Of a stretch of 32,000 nt of DNA, positions 1-8,476 are shown one piece after another. Below the pieces are notes generated by a model. That model was not told the origin of the DNA, did no database searches, and saw only the letters and a list, made by a program, of their open reading frames with translations. The stretch covers positions 690,001-722,000 of the forward strand of contig NZ_JBHSTI010000008.1 of NCBI RefSeq assembly GCF_042660085.1. Direction: 5' to 3'. The DNA comes from Longivirga aurantiaca (lineage in GTDB: Bacteria > Actinomycetota > Actinomycetes > S36-B12 > CAIYMF01). Position 1 is the first letter of the stretch. Every line of letters starts with the position of its first letter. Both the position numbers and the translations under genes were made by a program.

Positions 1-1
1 G

Positions 2-1153
2 CCGATCCGCACGGCGCGCGCCGAGGCGCAACGGGCGGTGTCGACGCTGCAGTTCTCCGCGGCGGTCGCGCGCACCCTCGCCGGCGAGGTCGTGCCGATG
101 GAGGCGTCGGCCGCGGGCATGGGGAAGCTCGCGTTCATCCTGCGCGTGCCGGTGGGCGTGGTGGGGGCGATCGCGCCGTTCAACTTCCCGCTGAACCTCG
201 TGGCCCACAAGCTCGGTCCGGCGATCGCGGCGGGCTGCCCGGTGGTGCTCAAGCCGGCGAGCCAGACGCCGTTCTCCTCGATCCTGCTGGCGCGGGTGCT
301 GTTCGAGGCGGGCCTTCCCGCGGGCTACCTGCACGTGGTCACCGGCGGCGGATCCAAGGTCGGCAACCCGATCGTCGACCACGAGGACATCGCGCTCATC
401 ACGTTCACGGGCTCGCCCGAGGTGGGCTGGGGCATCCGGGCCCGGGCGCCGCGCAAGCGGGTCGGGCTGGAGCTGGGCAACAACGCGCCGCTGATCCTGG
501 AGGCGGACGGCGACTGGCGCACGGCGGTGGCGAAGGTGAAGGTCGCGGGGTTCAGCCACGCGGGGCAGTCGTGCATCTCCACCCAGCGCCTGTTCGTGCA
601 CGAGTCGATCGCCGACGAGGTCGTGTCCGAGCTCGCGGCCGCGGTGAGGACGATCGTGGTGGGCGACCCGCTCGACGAGGCCACCGACGTGTCGGCGCTG
701 ATCAACACCGGTGAGCGCGACCGCGTGGCCGGCTGGGTCAAGGAGGCGGCCGAGCAGGGCGCCACCGTGGCGGCGGGCGGGGAGATCGGCGCCGACGGCG
801 TCCTGCTCCCCACGCTGGTCGACGGCGCGACTCCGGACATGAAGGTCTGCTCGCAGGAGGTCTTCGGCCCGGTCGTCGCCGTCATCCGGTACAGCGACTT
901 CGACGACGCCCTGCGTCAGGCCAACGACACCCGCTACGGCCTGCAGGCCGGGGTGTTCACGTCGGACATCACCAAGGGCCTGCGCGCCGCGCGCACCCTG
1001 GACTTCGGCGGAGTCGTCATCAACGAGGTGCCGACCTTCCGCGCCGACCAGCAGCCCTACGGCGGCCTGCGCGACTCCGGCAACACCAAGGAGGGCCCGG
1101 CCTGGTCCGTCCGGGAGATGACCGAGGAACGCCTCATCATCCTCAACGGCTGA
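2..1153 (+). CDS. Aldehyde dehydrogenase family protein (5' end cut by window edge)
   Basis: The reading frame stays open back to nt 2, so the GTG at 38 is internal. ALDH hallmarks are present: FNFPLNL...VLKPA, the glutamate box ELGNNAP and the catalytic-Cys box GQSCIS. TGA at 1151-1153. Confidence 0.85.
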   Translation, partial: PIRTARAEAQRAVSTLQFSAAVARTLAGEVVPMEASAAGMGKLAFILRVPVGVVGAIAPFNFPLNLVAHKLGPAIAAGCPVVLKPASQTPFSSILLARVLFEAGLPAGYLHVVTGGGSKVGNPIVDHEDIALITFTGSPEVGWGIRARAPRKRVGLELGNNAPLILEADGDWRTAVAKVKVAGFSHAGQSCISTQRLFVHESIADEVVSELAAAVRTIVVGDPLDEATDVSALINTGERDRVAGWVKEAAEQGATVAAGGEIGADGVLLPTLVDGATPDMKVCSQEVFGPVVAVIRYSDFDDALRQANDTRYGLQAGVFTSDITKGLRAARTLDFGGVVINEVPTFRADQQPYGGLRDSGNTKEGPAWSVREMTEERLIILNG

Positions 1154-1170
1154 GGCACCACCGAGCGCGT

Positions 1171-1207
1171 CGAAGGGCCGGCACCCGTCACGGGTGCCGG
1201 CCCTTCG
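1171..1207. terminator. Bidirectional hairpin between convergent genes
   Basis: Perfect 17-bp inverted repeat CGAAGGGCCGGCACCCG / CGGGTGCCGGCCCTTCG around a 3-nt loop. It lies between the stops at 1153 (+) and 1236 (-). No clear U-tract. Confidence 0.6.
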
Positions 1208-1235
1208 CACGTCGGTGCGGGCACGGGCGGCGGGC

Positions 1236-1898
1236 TCAGGCGGCGGCGCTGCCGGCGTCCTCGCTGCCGAGGCCGTCGAAGGCCTGGCCGAAGCGGCCCG
1301 CGAATGCGAGCTCCTCGAGGCCGAGGCGGCTGCGTGCGGCACCCTCGCGGGCCCGGGCCCAGCCGGGGAGGCCCGCGGCATCGCCGAGACGGCCCACGGC
1401 GAGGACGGCGACGGGCCGGTAGCCCACGGGCACCTCGAACGCGTCGACCACGGCCTCGGCGTCGAAGCCGCCGATCTGGTGGACGTGCAGACCCAGCGAC
1501 TCCGCCTGCACCGTCAGCTGCGCGACGGCGAGGCCGAGCTCGTACGGCCCGACGGCGCGAGCGCTGCCGTCGTCCTCGACGACTCGGGTGAGCGCGGCAA
1601 CGAGCACCGGCGCGCGATGGGCCCAGGCCCGGTTCGGCGGGGCCAGCGTGCCGAGCAGCCCGGTGTGGGTCGCGTCCGGGCCGTCCTCGGTGGTGCGGCC
1701 GACGAGGAACCGCCACGGCTGGGCATTCATCGCGCTCGGCGCCCAGCGGGCAGCCTCGAGAAGGGACACGACCTCGGCGTCGGGAAGCGGAGCGGCGTCG
1801 AAGGCGCGCGGGCTCCACCGGTCGGCGACGAGCGGGTGCACCGCGGTGGCGCCGGTGCGTCCGTGCGCGGTTCCGGGTCGGGTGCTGGTCGTGCTCAC
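1236..1898 (-). CDS. Nitroreductase family protein
   Basis: 220-aa ORF with very high GC3. The motif LLEAARWAPSAMNAQPWRF is typical of the FMN nitroreductase superfamily. GTG start with GGAGGG 5 nt upstream. Confidence 0.85.
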   Translation of the reverse strand: MSTTSTRPGTAHGRTGATAVHPLVADRWSPRAFDAAPLPDAEVVSLLEAARWAPSAMNAQPWRFLVGRTTEDGPDATHTGLLGTLAPPNRAWAHRAPVLVAALTRVVEDDGSARAVGPYELGLAVAQLTVQAESLGLHVHQIGGFDAEAVVDAFEVPVGYRPVAVLAVGRLGDAAGLPGWARAREGAARSRLGLEELAFAGRFGQAFDGLGSEDAGSAAA

Positions 1899-2095
1899 GG
1901 TGCCCTCCAGGGTCTGTGATCTAGTTGAACGCTCAACAACTGGAGGCGTCGACGCATTCCCGCGGGTCGGCGGCGTGTCGGCGCGGCCGTTGCGGGGCTG
2001 CGCGGCACACTCGACCTGTCGATCGGCAGCGGGCCCTCGGGTGCCGCTGCGGGGAAGCGCTCGGCCCGGCCGCCTGGACAGGCGGGCGGCGCCGC

Positions 2096-3010
2096 ATGCC
2101 CGCTTCCCTGGAGCCCTCTGTGCCCCTCGACCTCGAGGACCTCGCCGCTCTGCGCGACCTCACCGCGTCCGCCGAGCCGCGTCCGCTGCCGCGCCCCGAC
2201 CGGGGATCCGGCGACGGCGACGGCGAGGCCCAGCGCGAGACGGACGCCGCCCCGGCAGGCGCCCTCTCCCGTCGGCGGCTCGCCTCCCTCGCTGCCGCGG
2301 CCGCAGCGGCCGGCCTGCTCTGCGGCCTCGTCGGGCCGAGCCCCTCCGCCCTCGCCCAGCCCCTGACCAGCGCCGTCCGCGGGACCCTGTTCGCCAGCGC
2401 GTCCCCCGTGGCCGCGCCGACGCCCGCACCGGCGCCCTCCGAGCCGACCGCGCACACCGAGGCCCAGCCGTCCTCCGCGGCCGAGGCGATCGCCGCGGTC
2501 GCCGTGGCGCTCCCTCTCGGGCTCGGCCCCGGCGACCTCGCGGCACCCCGACCCGGTGCCGCGCCGAGCCCTGCGGTGAAGAAGGCCTGGGTCCCGACCC
2601 GCAGCCTCCCGAAGAACAGCGGGACCGGCCGGCGGATCGTGTACGCGGAGCAGGCGGCGCACCTGTGGATCGTGGCCGCCGACGGCAGGGTGCTGCGCGA
2701 CTACAAGGTGACGGGCCGGCCCGGGCGCCCGGGGCCGGGCACCTACCGCGTGTTCTCGAAGTCGCCGACGGCGGTGAACCCAGGGCAGAAGCTGCGCTTC
2801 GAGCTCATGGTGCGGTTCACCCACGGCGTGACCGGTGCGGCGATCGGCTTCCACACGATCCCGGAGACCTACCAGGGCGTGCCGATCCAGAAGGCGTCCG
2901 ACCTCGGCAAGGCGATCGGGTCGGGCGGCTGCGTGAGGCAGAAGCGCGAGGACGCGCGCTGGCTCTACCGCTGGGTCAAGGTCGGCGACACCGTGGTCGT
3001 CCTGCGCTGA
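2096..3010 (+). CDS. L,D-transpeptidase (YkuD domain) family protein with N-terminal TM/Ala-Pro-rich linker
   Basis: The C-terminal domain has the YkuD signature: IGFHTIP ... GSGGCVRQ (His, then the S-x-G-C-[IV]-R catalytic Cys box). A hydrophobic anchor RRRLASLAAAAAAAGLLCGLVG is present. Start chosen at the in-frame ATG 2096 where high GC3 begins; the ORF opens at 1925, so the start is uncertain. Confidence 0.75.
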   Translation: MPASLEPSVPLDLEDLAALRDLTASAEPRPLPRPDRGSGDGDGEAQRETDAAPAGALSRRRLASLAAAAAAAGLLCGLVGPSPSALAQPLTSAVRGTLFASASPVAAPTPAPAPSEPTAHTEAQPSSAAEAIAAVAVALPLGLGPGDLAAPRPGAAPSPAVKKAWVPTRSLPKNSGTGRRIVYAEQAAHLWIVAADGRVLRDYKVTGRPGRPGPGTYRVFSKSPTAVNPGQKLRFELMVRFTHGVTGAAIGFHTIPETYQGVPIQKASDLGKAIGSGGCVRQKREDARWLYRWVKVGDTVVVLR

Positions 3011-3198
3011 CCCGGACGGGTGGCCGGACCGATCACGCAGCGTCCACGGACGGGTCCGCACGGGCGACCTGTGTCCCGCGGAGCGGACATCGTGAGGGCA
3101 CCGGTGCGGCGGATCCGGCCCCGGCCGACGTACAGTCGTCCCTGGCGGCTGCCGCGCACGTGCGGCGTCGCCCTTCCCCGCCAGCAGGAGGTACCGCC

Positions 3199-4188
3199 GT
3201 GGACGTGCGGCGCGCGCATCCCCGCCGCGCCTCGACGCGCGCCGTCGTCGCTGCGAGCACCCTCGGTCTCGTGCTCGGCCTGGTCGCCGCTGTGCCCGCG
3301 CGCGCCGAGAGCGGCTCGACCGGCGGCACCACTCCCGGCGGCATCACGACCACCCCGATCGCGCCGCCCCCGGCGTCCAAGCCCACGACGGCGATCACGG
3401 CCACCGCGAGCCCCTACCAGGGTGCGGTCATGGGCATCGCTCAGCCGATCTTCGTGCGGTTCTCGAGCCCCGTCGCCTTCAAGGCGCGAGCCGAGAAGAA
3501 CATGCGCGTGTACGTCTCGGGCGTCCTGTCGAGCGGTGCGTGGCACTGGAAGGACTCGCAGACCGCGGTCTTCCGGCCGCAGACGTTCTGGAAGTCGCGC
3601 AGCACCATCGCGATCAAGATGACGATGAAGGGCGTGGTGCTCGCCGAGTCGTCGAGCCGCACGTTCGTCGGGGCGACCACCAAGGTGCACTGGTTCAAGA
3701 CCAGCCGCTCGTTCGTCGCGAAGGTCGACGACGCGACGCACCGCATGAAGGTCTACCTCGACGGCAAGGTCGTGCGGACCATCCCGGTGTCACTGGGCAA
3801 GCCCGGGTTCGAGACGCGGTCGGGCGTCAAGGTCGTGCAGGAGAAGTACGAGACCCGACGCATGACCAGCGTGGGCGCGGGGATCACCGACCCCAACGAC
3901 CAGTACGACGTGACGGCCACGTGGGCGGTGCGCATCACGCCCACCGGCGAGTTCGTGCACGGCGCGCCGTGGGCCGCCGGACGCATCGGCCGGTACAACG
4001 GCTCGCACGGCTGCACCAACGTGCTCGAGGTCGACGGCAAGTGGTTCTACGACCGCGTCCTGCCGGGCGACCCCGTCGTGACGGTCGGGACCGGCCGCGC
4101 GATGGAGTACTGGAACGGCCCGGGCGGCCCGTGGAACATGCCGTGGAAGTTCTGGCTGGCCAAGTCCGCCACGGGCCCCCAGCGCTGA
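3199..4188 (+). CDS. L,D-transpeptidase (LdtMt2/LdtB-like, Ig-like N-domain + YkuD catalytic domain)
   Basis: This is the C-terminal 329 codons of the 866-aa ORF. GTG 3199 is preceded by AGGAGG (3186-3191). It has a signal peptide STRAVVAASTLGLVLGLVAAVPARA and the catalytic motifs FVHGAPW ... GSHGCTNV. Confidence 0.85.
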   Translation: MDVRRAHPRRASTRAVVAASTLGLVLGLVAAVPARAESGSTGGTTPGGITTTPIAPPPASKPTTAITATASPYQGAVMGIAQPIFVRFSSPVAFKARAEKNMRVYVSGVLSSGAWHWKDSQTAVFRPQTFWKSRSTIAIKMTMKGVVLAESSSRTFVGATTKVHWFKTSRSFVAKVDDATHRMKVYLDGKVVRTIPVSLGKPGFETRSGVKVVQEKYETRRMTSVGAGITDPNDQYDVTATWAVRITPTGEFVHGAPWAAGRIGRYNGSHGCTNVLEVDGKWFYDRVLPGDPVVTVGTGRAMEYWNGPGGPWNMPWKFWLAKSATGPQR

Positions 4189-4206
4189 CCGGGCAGGAAC
4201 GCCGGC

Positions 4207-6198
4207 TCAGTCGAGCAGGACGGCCGGCGTGAGCATCCCGTACGTCGCGAGAACGTCCGGGAGCTCCGAGGCCGGCACCGGCCGCGCGTAGAGGAACCCC
4301 TGTGCGATGTCGCAGCCGAGCAGACGCAGCCGCTCCGCGGTCTCGGGCAGCTCGACGCCCTCGGCGACCGCGACCATCGAGAACTCGTGCGCGAGGTCGG
4401 TGACCACCTTCACGAGGACCTCGTTGCCGTTCGTCATGTCGCTGATGAACGAGCGGTCGATCTTCAGGGTGTCGATCGGGAGGTCGCGCAGCTGCGAGAT
4501 CGAGGTGTTGCCGATCCCGAAGTCGTCGAGCGCGATGGTGGATCCCATGGCTGCGATGCGCCGCAGCGTCTCCGCGGCGCGCTCGGGGTCCTGCATGATC
4601 GCCGACTCGGTGATCTCGAACTCGAGCAGGCGCGCGGGGACGTCGTACTCCTCGAGCAGGCGGGCGATGCGCCGGTCGAGCTCGGGCTCGGCGAGGTTGA
4701 GCGCGGACAGGTTCACGGCGACGGGGATCTCGAGCCCCTCGTCGATCCAGGCCCGCTGCTGGGTCAGGACCATGCGCATCACGCGGTCGGTGACCGTGTG
4801 CACCAGGCCCGTCTGCTCCGCGAGAGGGATGAACTCGCTCGGGGGCACCATGCCGCGCAGCGGGTGGTTCCACCGGAGCAGGGCCTCGAGGCCGACGACG
4901 GTCTTGGACTCCAGGTCGAGCTTGGCCTGGTAGTGGACCGAGAGCTGGTCGCCCGAGTCGAGCGCCCGGCGCAGGTCGCCCAGCAGGATCAGGCGTGCGG
5001 GCGAGTTGGTGTCGCCGTCCGCCTCGTACACGCTCATGCCGCGTCGGCCCGCCTTCGCGATGTACATCGCGACGTCCGCGAGCTTGAGCAGCGACTGCAT
5101 GTCGTCGGCGTGGTCCGGGAAGAGCGCGAGGCCGATCGAGGTCTCGACGTGCAGCACCAGGCCGTCGATCTCGTACGGCGCGTCGAACACCTCGAGCACC
5201 CGCTCGGCGAACATCACGCCGTCCGCGACGCTGCGGACCGTCTTGAGCAGGATCGCGAACTCGTCGCCGCCGAGCCGCGCGACGGTGTCGGTCTCGCGGA
5301 CGATCGCGCGCAGCCTGTCGGCGGCCTGCACGAGCAGCTGGTCGCCCCGGTCGTGGCCGAGCGAGTCGTTGATCTCCTTGAACCGGTCGATGTCGAGCAG
5401 GAGGAGGCCGACGTGCTTGCCGTCGCGCAGGGCGTCCGACACGGCCGTCTCGAGCCGCTCGTTGAGCAGTCGACGGTTGGGCAGGCCGGTGAGCGGGTCG
5501 AGGAGGGCGAGCCGCGCGTTCTCCTCGGACGACGCGCGCAGGCGCCGGCTCGCGTTGTGCACCGTGCGGAACAGCAGCGCCCACACGAGCCCGAGGCCGA
5601 GGATCGTGATGATCCCGATCGTGACGACGGCATCACGCGTGGCGGCGAGGGTCGGCGAGTAGTCGAGCACCACCTCGGCCGCGCCGACCGGCTGGTACTT
5701 CGCAGCGGGATCGACGCGCATCGCGGTGTCGTAGATCGGCACGTAGACGCTCAGCACCTGCTCGAGGCCCATCGAGGTCGAGGGCACGACGCCGGCGAAG
5801 TCGCCGCTCGCCACGAGCTCGGTGCTCAGCTGCCCGTCCACGGTGGCGGCGGCCAGCCGGGCGTGGTTCGGCTCGTCGTCGGTGCTCGCGTCGCTGTCGA
5901 AGAGGTTCGTGGCGTCGTGCGTCCAGAGCTGGAGGCGGATCATCGTCGCGTCGGGGTGCAGGTTCTTGCGCAACGACGTGACCACGGGCGGGTCGATCTG
6001 TCCCGTCTGCCAGTTGGCCAGGGACACGCGCTCGCCGACACCGGCCGACACGTACGCCTGCGCGGTGCGGACGGCGTGCTCGAGCGCCTGCCGCTGCAGG
6101 AGCTGGGCCATGGACGCTACGAGGGCGGCGCCGAGCACGGCGAGGGCCACCAGGCTGACGGCCGCGAAGGTGGCGGTCAGCGACAGCCGTCGGCGCAT
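4207..6198 (-). CDS. Membrane-bound GGDEF/EAL protein (diguanylate cyclase/phosphodiesterase) with periplasmic sensor region
   Basis: Two TM segments flank a roughly 180-aa N-terminal loop. An intact GGDEF motif (RLGGDEFAILL) and EAL-domain motifs (LEALLRW, DDFGIG) are present. Start set at ATG 6198, which has GGGAGGG 8 nt upstream; the ORF opens at GTG 6246. Confidence 0.85.
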   Translation of the reverse strand: MRRRLSLTATFAAVSLVALAVLGAALVASMAQLLQRQALEHAVRTAQAYVSAGVGERVSLANWQTGQIDPPVVTSLRKNLHPDATMIRLQLWTHDATNLFDSDASTDDEPNHARLAAATVDGQLSTELVASGDFAGVVPSTSMGLEQVLSVYVPIYDTAMRVDPAAKYQPVGAAEVVLDYSPTLAATRDAVVTIGIITILGLGLVWALLFRTVHNASRRLRASSEENARLALLDPLTGLPNRRLLNERLETAVSDALRDGKHVGLLLLDIDRFKEINDSLGHDRGDQLLVQAADRLRAIVRETDTVARLGGDEFAILLKTVRSVADGVMFAERVLEVFDAPYEIDGLVLHVETSIGLALFPDHADDMQSLLKLADVAMYIAKAGRRGMSVYEADGDTNSPARLILLGDLRRALDSGDQLSVHYQAKLDLESKTVVGLEALLRWNHPLRGMVPPSEFIPLAEQTGLVHTVTDRVMRMVLTQQRAWIDEGLEIPVAVNLSALNLAEPELDRRIARLLEEYDVPARLLEFEITESAIMQDPERAAETLRRIAAMGSTIALDDFGIGNTSISQLRDLPIDTLKIDRSFISDMTNGNEVLVKVVTDLAHEFSMVAVAEGVELPETAERLRLLGCDIAQGFLYARPVPASELPDVLATYGMLTPAVLLD

Positions 6199-6298
6199 CT
6201 CGTCATCCCTCCCATTCCGGCGAGAAGCACCGTCCCCCGACGGCACCCATCCGGGCGTCTCCAGAGGTCATCGGCACGTCCCCGCGCCGCTTGAGGGA

Positions 6299-7210
6299 TC
6301 AGCCGCCGCTGGTGCCCGGGACCCGCACGGTGAGCGACCCGGGCCGCACCCGTGCCTCGAGCTTGCGGCCCTCCGCGACGACGTCGCCGTCCACCTGCCG
6401 CGGTGCCGTGGTCTGCGAGACGACCCAGGCCGAGCGGCCCGACAGGTGGATCCGGGAGTCATCCTGGCGGGGCCGCCGCCGCACCAGGTGGGCCGCCGTG
6501 CGGGCCCAGTCCAGGGGCCTGTCGAGCGGCAGGACGATCACGTGCAGGAGCCCGTCGGAGGCGTCCGACTCGGGCGCGACGTCGAGCCCGGCGATGAGGC
6601 CGCCCACGTTGGCGACGAGCACGCTGCGGGCGGTGTACCAGCGAGGCTGACCCCCGTCCATGGCGACGGCGACCCGCATGGACTCGCTGGTGAGCAGCTT
6701 CACGGAGTTGGCGACGTACGCGGCCGGGCCGATCGCGTTCTTCAGCTCCTCCGGCGCGTCGATGAGCGATGCGTCGAGGCCCATGCCGGCGATCACCGTA
6801 CTGACCATGACCGATCCACCGAGACCGATCTCGACGACGTCGATCCTGCGGTCCTGGCCCGTGAGCGCGACGCGCGCTGCGCCGTCGAGGTCGAGCGGTA
6901 TGCCGAGGTTGCGGGCGAGGAGGTTGCCCGTGCCGCCGGGGATGATGCCGAGCGCCGTGCCGCTGCCGAGAAGGCCCGTGGCGATCGCGTTGAGGGTGCC
7001 GTCACCGCCCCACGACAGGACGAGGTCGGCGCCCGCCTCGACGGCCTCGCGCGCCTGCGCCGTGCCGGGCTGCTCGGCCGTGGTGGGGACGAGGTGCGGC
7101 GTCGGTACGCCGGCGGCGTGGGCCCAGCCGGCCAGCCGTTCGGCTGCCTCGCCGAGATCGCCGGCCTTGCCGGGATGGACGATCGCCACCGTCTCGGCGG
7201 AGCCCGTCAT
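6299..7210 (-). CDS. Diacylglycerol kinase family lipid kinase (DagK/YegS-like)
   Basis: 303-aa ORF with the GGDGT motif (SWGGDGTLN) and IPGGTGN. ATG is preceded by AGGAGG 4 nt upstream. Confidence 0.85.
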   Translation of the reverse strand: MTGSAETVAIVHPGKAGDLGEAAERLAGWAHAAGVPTPHLVPTTAEQPGTAQAREAVEAGADLVLSWGGDGTLNAIATGLLGSGTALGIIPGGTGNLLARNLGIPLDLDGAARVALTGQDRRIDVVEIGLGGSVMVSTVIAGMGLDASLIDAPEELKNAIGPAAYVANSVKLLTSESMRVAVAMDGGQPRWYTARSVLVANVGGLIAGLDVAPESDASDGLLHVIVLPLDRPLDWARTAAHLVRRRPRQDDSRIHLSGRSAWVVSQTTAPRQVDGDVVAEGRKLEARVRPGSLTVRVPGTSGG

Positions 7211-7350
7211 CGTGCCTCCTGGTGGGCGGTGTCACTGAGCAGGGACGACGTCCCACGCGAGGTCGCCCGTGTCGCCGGTCACCGGAGGACGGTAGCGCGC
7301 GCAGGCGGGCGCCCGCCCCGGGTCGGGGTCGCCGGTCCGCCGGAGGCGCG

Positions 7351-7578
7351 TCAGGACGCGGTGGCGTAGCGGTGGTCGGAGGCGGCGCGCTCGCACTCGC
7401 GCACCGTGTGGAACCCGGACTCGTACCGGCAGTCGTGGCACACGGCGATGGAGGCGCTGCCCAGGTGCACGACCTCGACGCTGTGCGGGCTGCAGCTGCG
7501 GTCCGCATGCGCGTGGTCGCGCCGGTGCACCGCTGCGAGCATGGCCCGCACGATGGGTTCCGGACTGTTGGGCGTCAT
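7351..7578 (-). CDS. Small Cys/His-rich hypothetical protein (75 aa)
   Basis: This is the C-terminal part of the 253-aa minus-strand ORF. Nearly every codon ends in G/C. The product MTPNSPEPIV...SCSPHSVEVVHLGSASIAVCHDCRYESGFHTVRECERAASDH contains CxxC plus several His/Cys. No Shine-Dalgarno sequence was seen and I recognise no family. The start could instead be the internal ATG (MLAAVH). Confidence 0.45.
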   Translation of the reverse strand: MTPNSPEPIVRAMLAAVHRRDHAHADRSCSPHSVEVVHLGSASIAVCHDCRYESGFHTVRECERAASDHRYATAS

Positions 7579-7642
7579 GCCGTGGTTATCGGTCGCGCAG
7601 ATCCGGACCTGAGGATCTCGGGTGGGCAATCCGCGACTTCTA

Positions 7643-7648
7643 TAGGGT
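7643..7648 (+). promoter_or_regulatory. Candidate -10 hexamer TAGGGT (TANNNT) 6 nt upstream of ATG 7655: predicted leaderless mRNA
   Basis: The sequence tcTATAGGGTccccgcATG is AT-richer than its surroundings, with no SD between hexamer and start. The spacing matches actinobacterial leaderless promoters. Confidence 0.3.
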
Positions 7649-7654
7649 CCCCGC

Positions 7655-8473
7655 ATGAGTCCGGTGTCTCGCCGGCGTCCCGGTGCCGGCCGCCCTGCTC
7701 CCGTAGCGTCCGCTCTGCGCGCGAACGAGGCGCGCAAGATGCGCGGCGAGATGCCGCTCGATGCGCTCACCTCGCGCATCCGCAAGCTCGACGTCCACTC
7801 CGACGGGTTCGCCGCCGAGGCGGTGGTGTCGTGGGTGTTCGAGGTGCTCGGATCGCGGGGCCCCGACGCCGACGAGGTGCTCGCACGGTTCTGCCGCGCC
7901 GCGGTCTCCGACCCCCGAGCGGGGACGACGGCCCTCGGGCTCCAGGCGATGGCGGTGCTGGCCCTGCACGGGCACCGCAGCGTTCGGGGCGAGGCCTCCC
8001 ATCTCGTTGCGGGGGCGGACGAGGAGCTGCGCGCGTCCCTGCCGTCCTGGGTCGCGCACGTCGGTGCCGTTCGGGTCGTGGAGACGGGTGTGCTCGCGAC
8101 CGCGGACGGCACCGAGACGGTCCTGCACCTGCTGCTCGACCACGTGGATCCGGCGGCGGGCCCCCGGCACCTGGTGACGCTCGCGGTGCATCACGGCGAC
8201 AGCCGGGTGCACCTGCTCGACGTCCGTGCCCGTCGCGACGACGAGGTGCTCGCGCCGATGGGCGAGAAGTACGCCGGATCCAGCGATCCCGTGTGGTCGT
8301 GGGGCGACGCCGACGCCGTACGGGCTGCCGCCGTCCCCGCCCTGGGGGTGACCGCGGAGCACGCGCCGACGCAGTGGCCGGTGCTCGGGGTCGAGGGCGG
8401 CGAGACGCTCACCTGGACCCTCGGCGTCCACCGCCTCGGGCAGGCCGCCGGTCTGGACCTCCTGCAGCCGTAG
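7655..8473 (+). CDS. Hypothetical protein (272 aa)
   Basis: High GC3 in this frame, unlike the antisense ORF 7640..8431. I recognise no domain. An alternative start is ATG 7739. Confidence 0.6.
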   Translation: MSPVSRRRPGAGRPAPVASALRANEARKMRGEMPLDALTSRIRKLDVHSDGFAAEAVVSWVFEVLGSRGPDADEVLARFCRAAVSDPRAGTTALGLQAMAVLALHGHRSVRGEASHLVAGADEELRASLPSWVAHVGAVRVVETGVLATADGTETVLHLLLDHVDPAAGPRHLVTLAVHHGDSRVHLLDVRARRDDEVLAPMGEKYAGSSDPVWSWGDADAVRAAAVPALGVTAEHAPTQWPVLGVEGGETLTWTLGVHRLGQAAGLDLLQP

Positions 8474-8476
8474 GGG

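Noticed and set aside
1588-3198. N-terminal 537 codons of the 866-aa + strand ORF (1588..4188)
   Set aside because: The translation is an Arg/Pro/Ala-rich shadow typical of off-frame reading in GC-rich DNA. It runs antisense to the nitroreductase gene and out of frame through the first L,D-transpeptidase gene. The real gene starts at GTG 3199, behind AGGAGG and with a proper signal peptide.
3935-6294. Long ORFs 3935..5584 (-, 549 aa), 4387..6294 (+, 635 aa), 4307..4933 and 5006..5662
   Set aside because: All overlap the GGDEF-EAL gene in other frames or on the other strand. Their products are low-complexity Arg/Pro/Asp/Ser-rich with no motifs. The 4207..6198 frame carries intact GGDEF and EAL domains.
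5822-7369. 515-aa + strand ORF
   Set aside because: It is antisense to the DagK-type lipid kinase, which has GGDGT and a strong SD, and to the start of the GGDEF-EAL gene. It has shadow-ORF composition.
7640-8431. 263-aa minus-strand ORF overlapping the 7655..8473 hypothetical gene (also the 7222..8499 and 7761..8177 ORFs)
   Set aside because: The + strand frame from 7655 has the consistent G/C third-position bias and a balanced amino-acid composition. The alternatives are Arg/Gly/Pro-rich. Neither product has a recognisable domain, so the strand choice is still only moderately confident.
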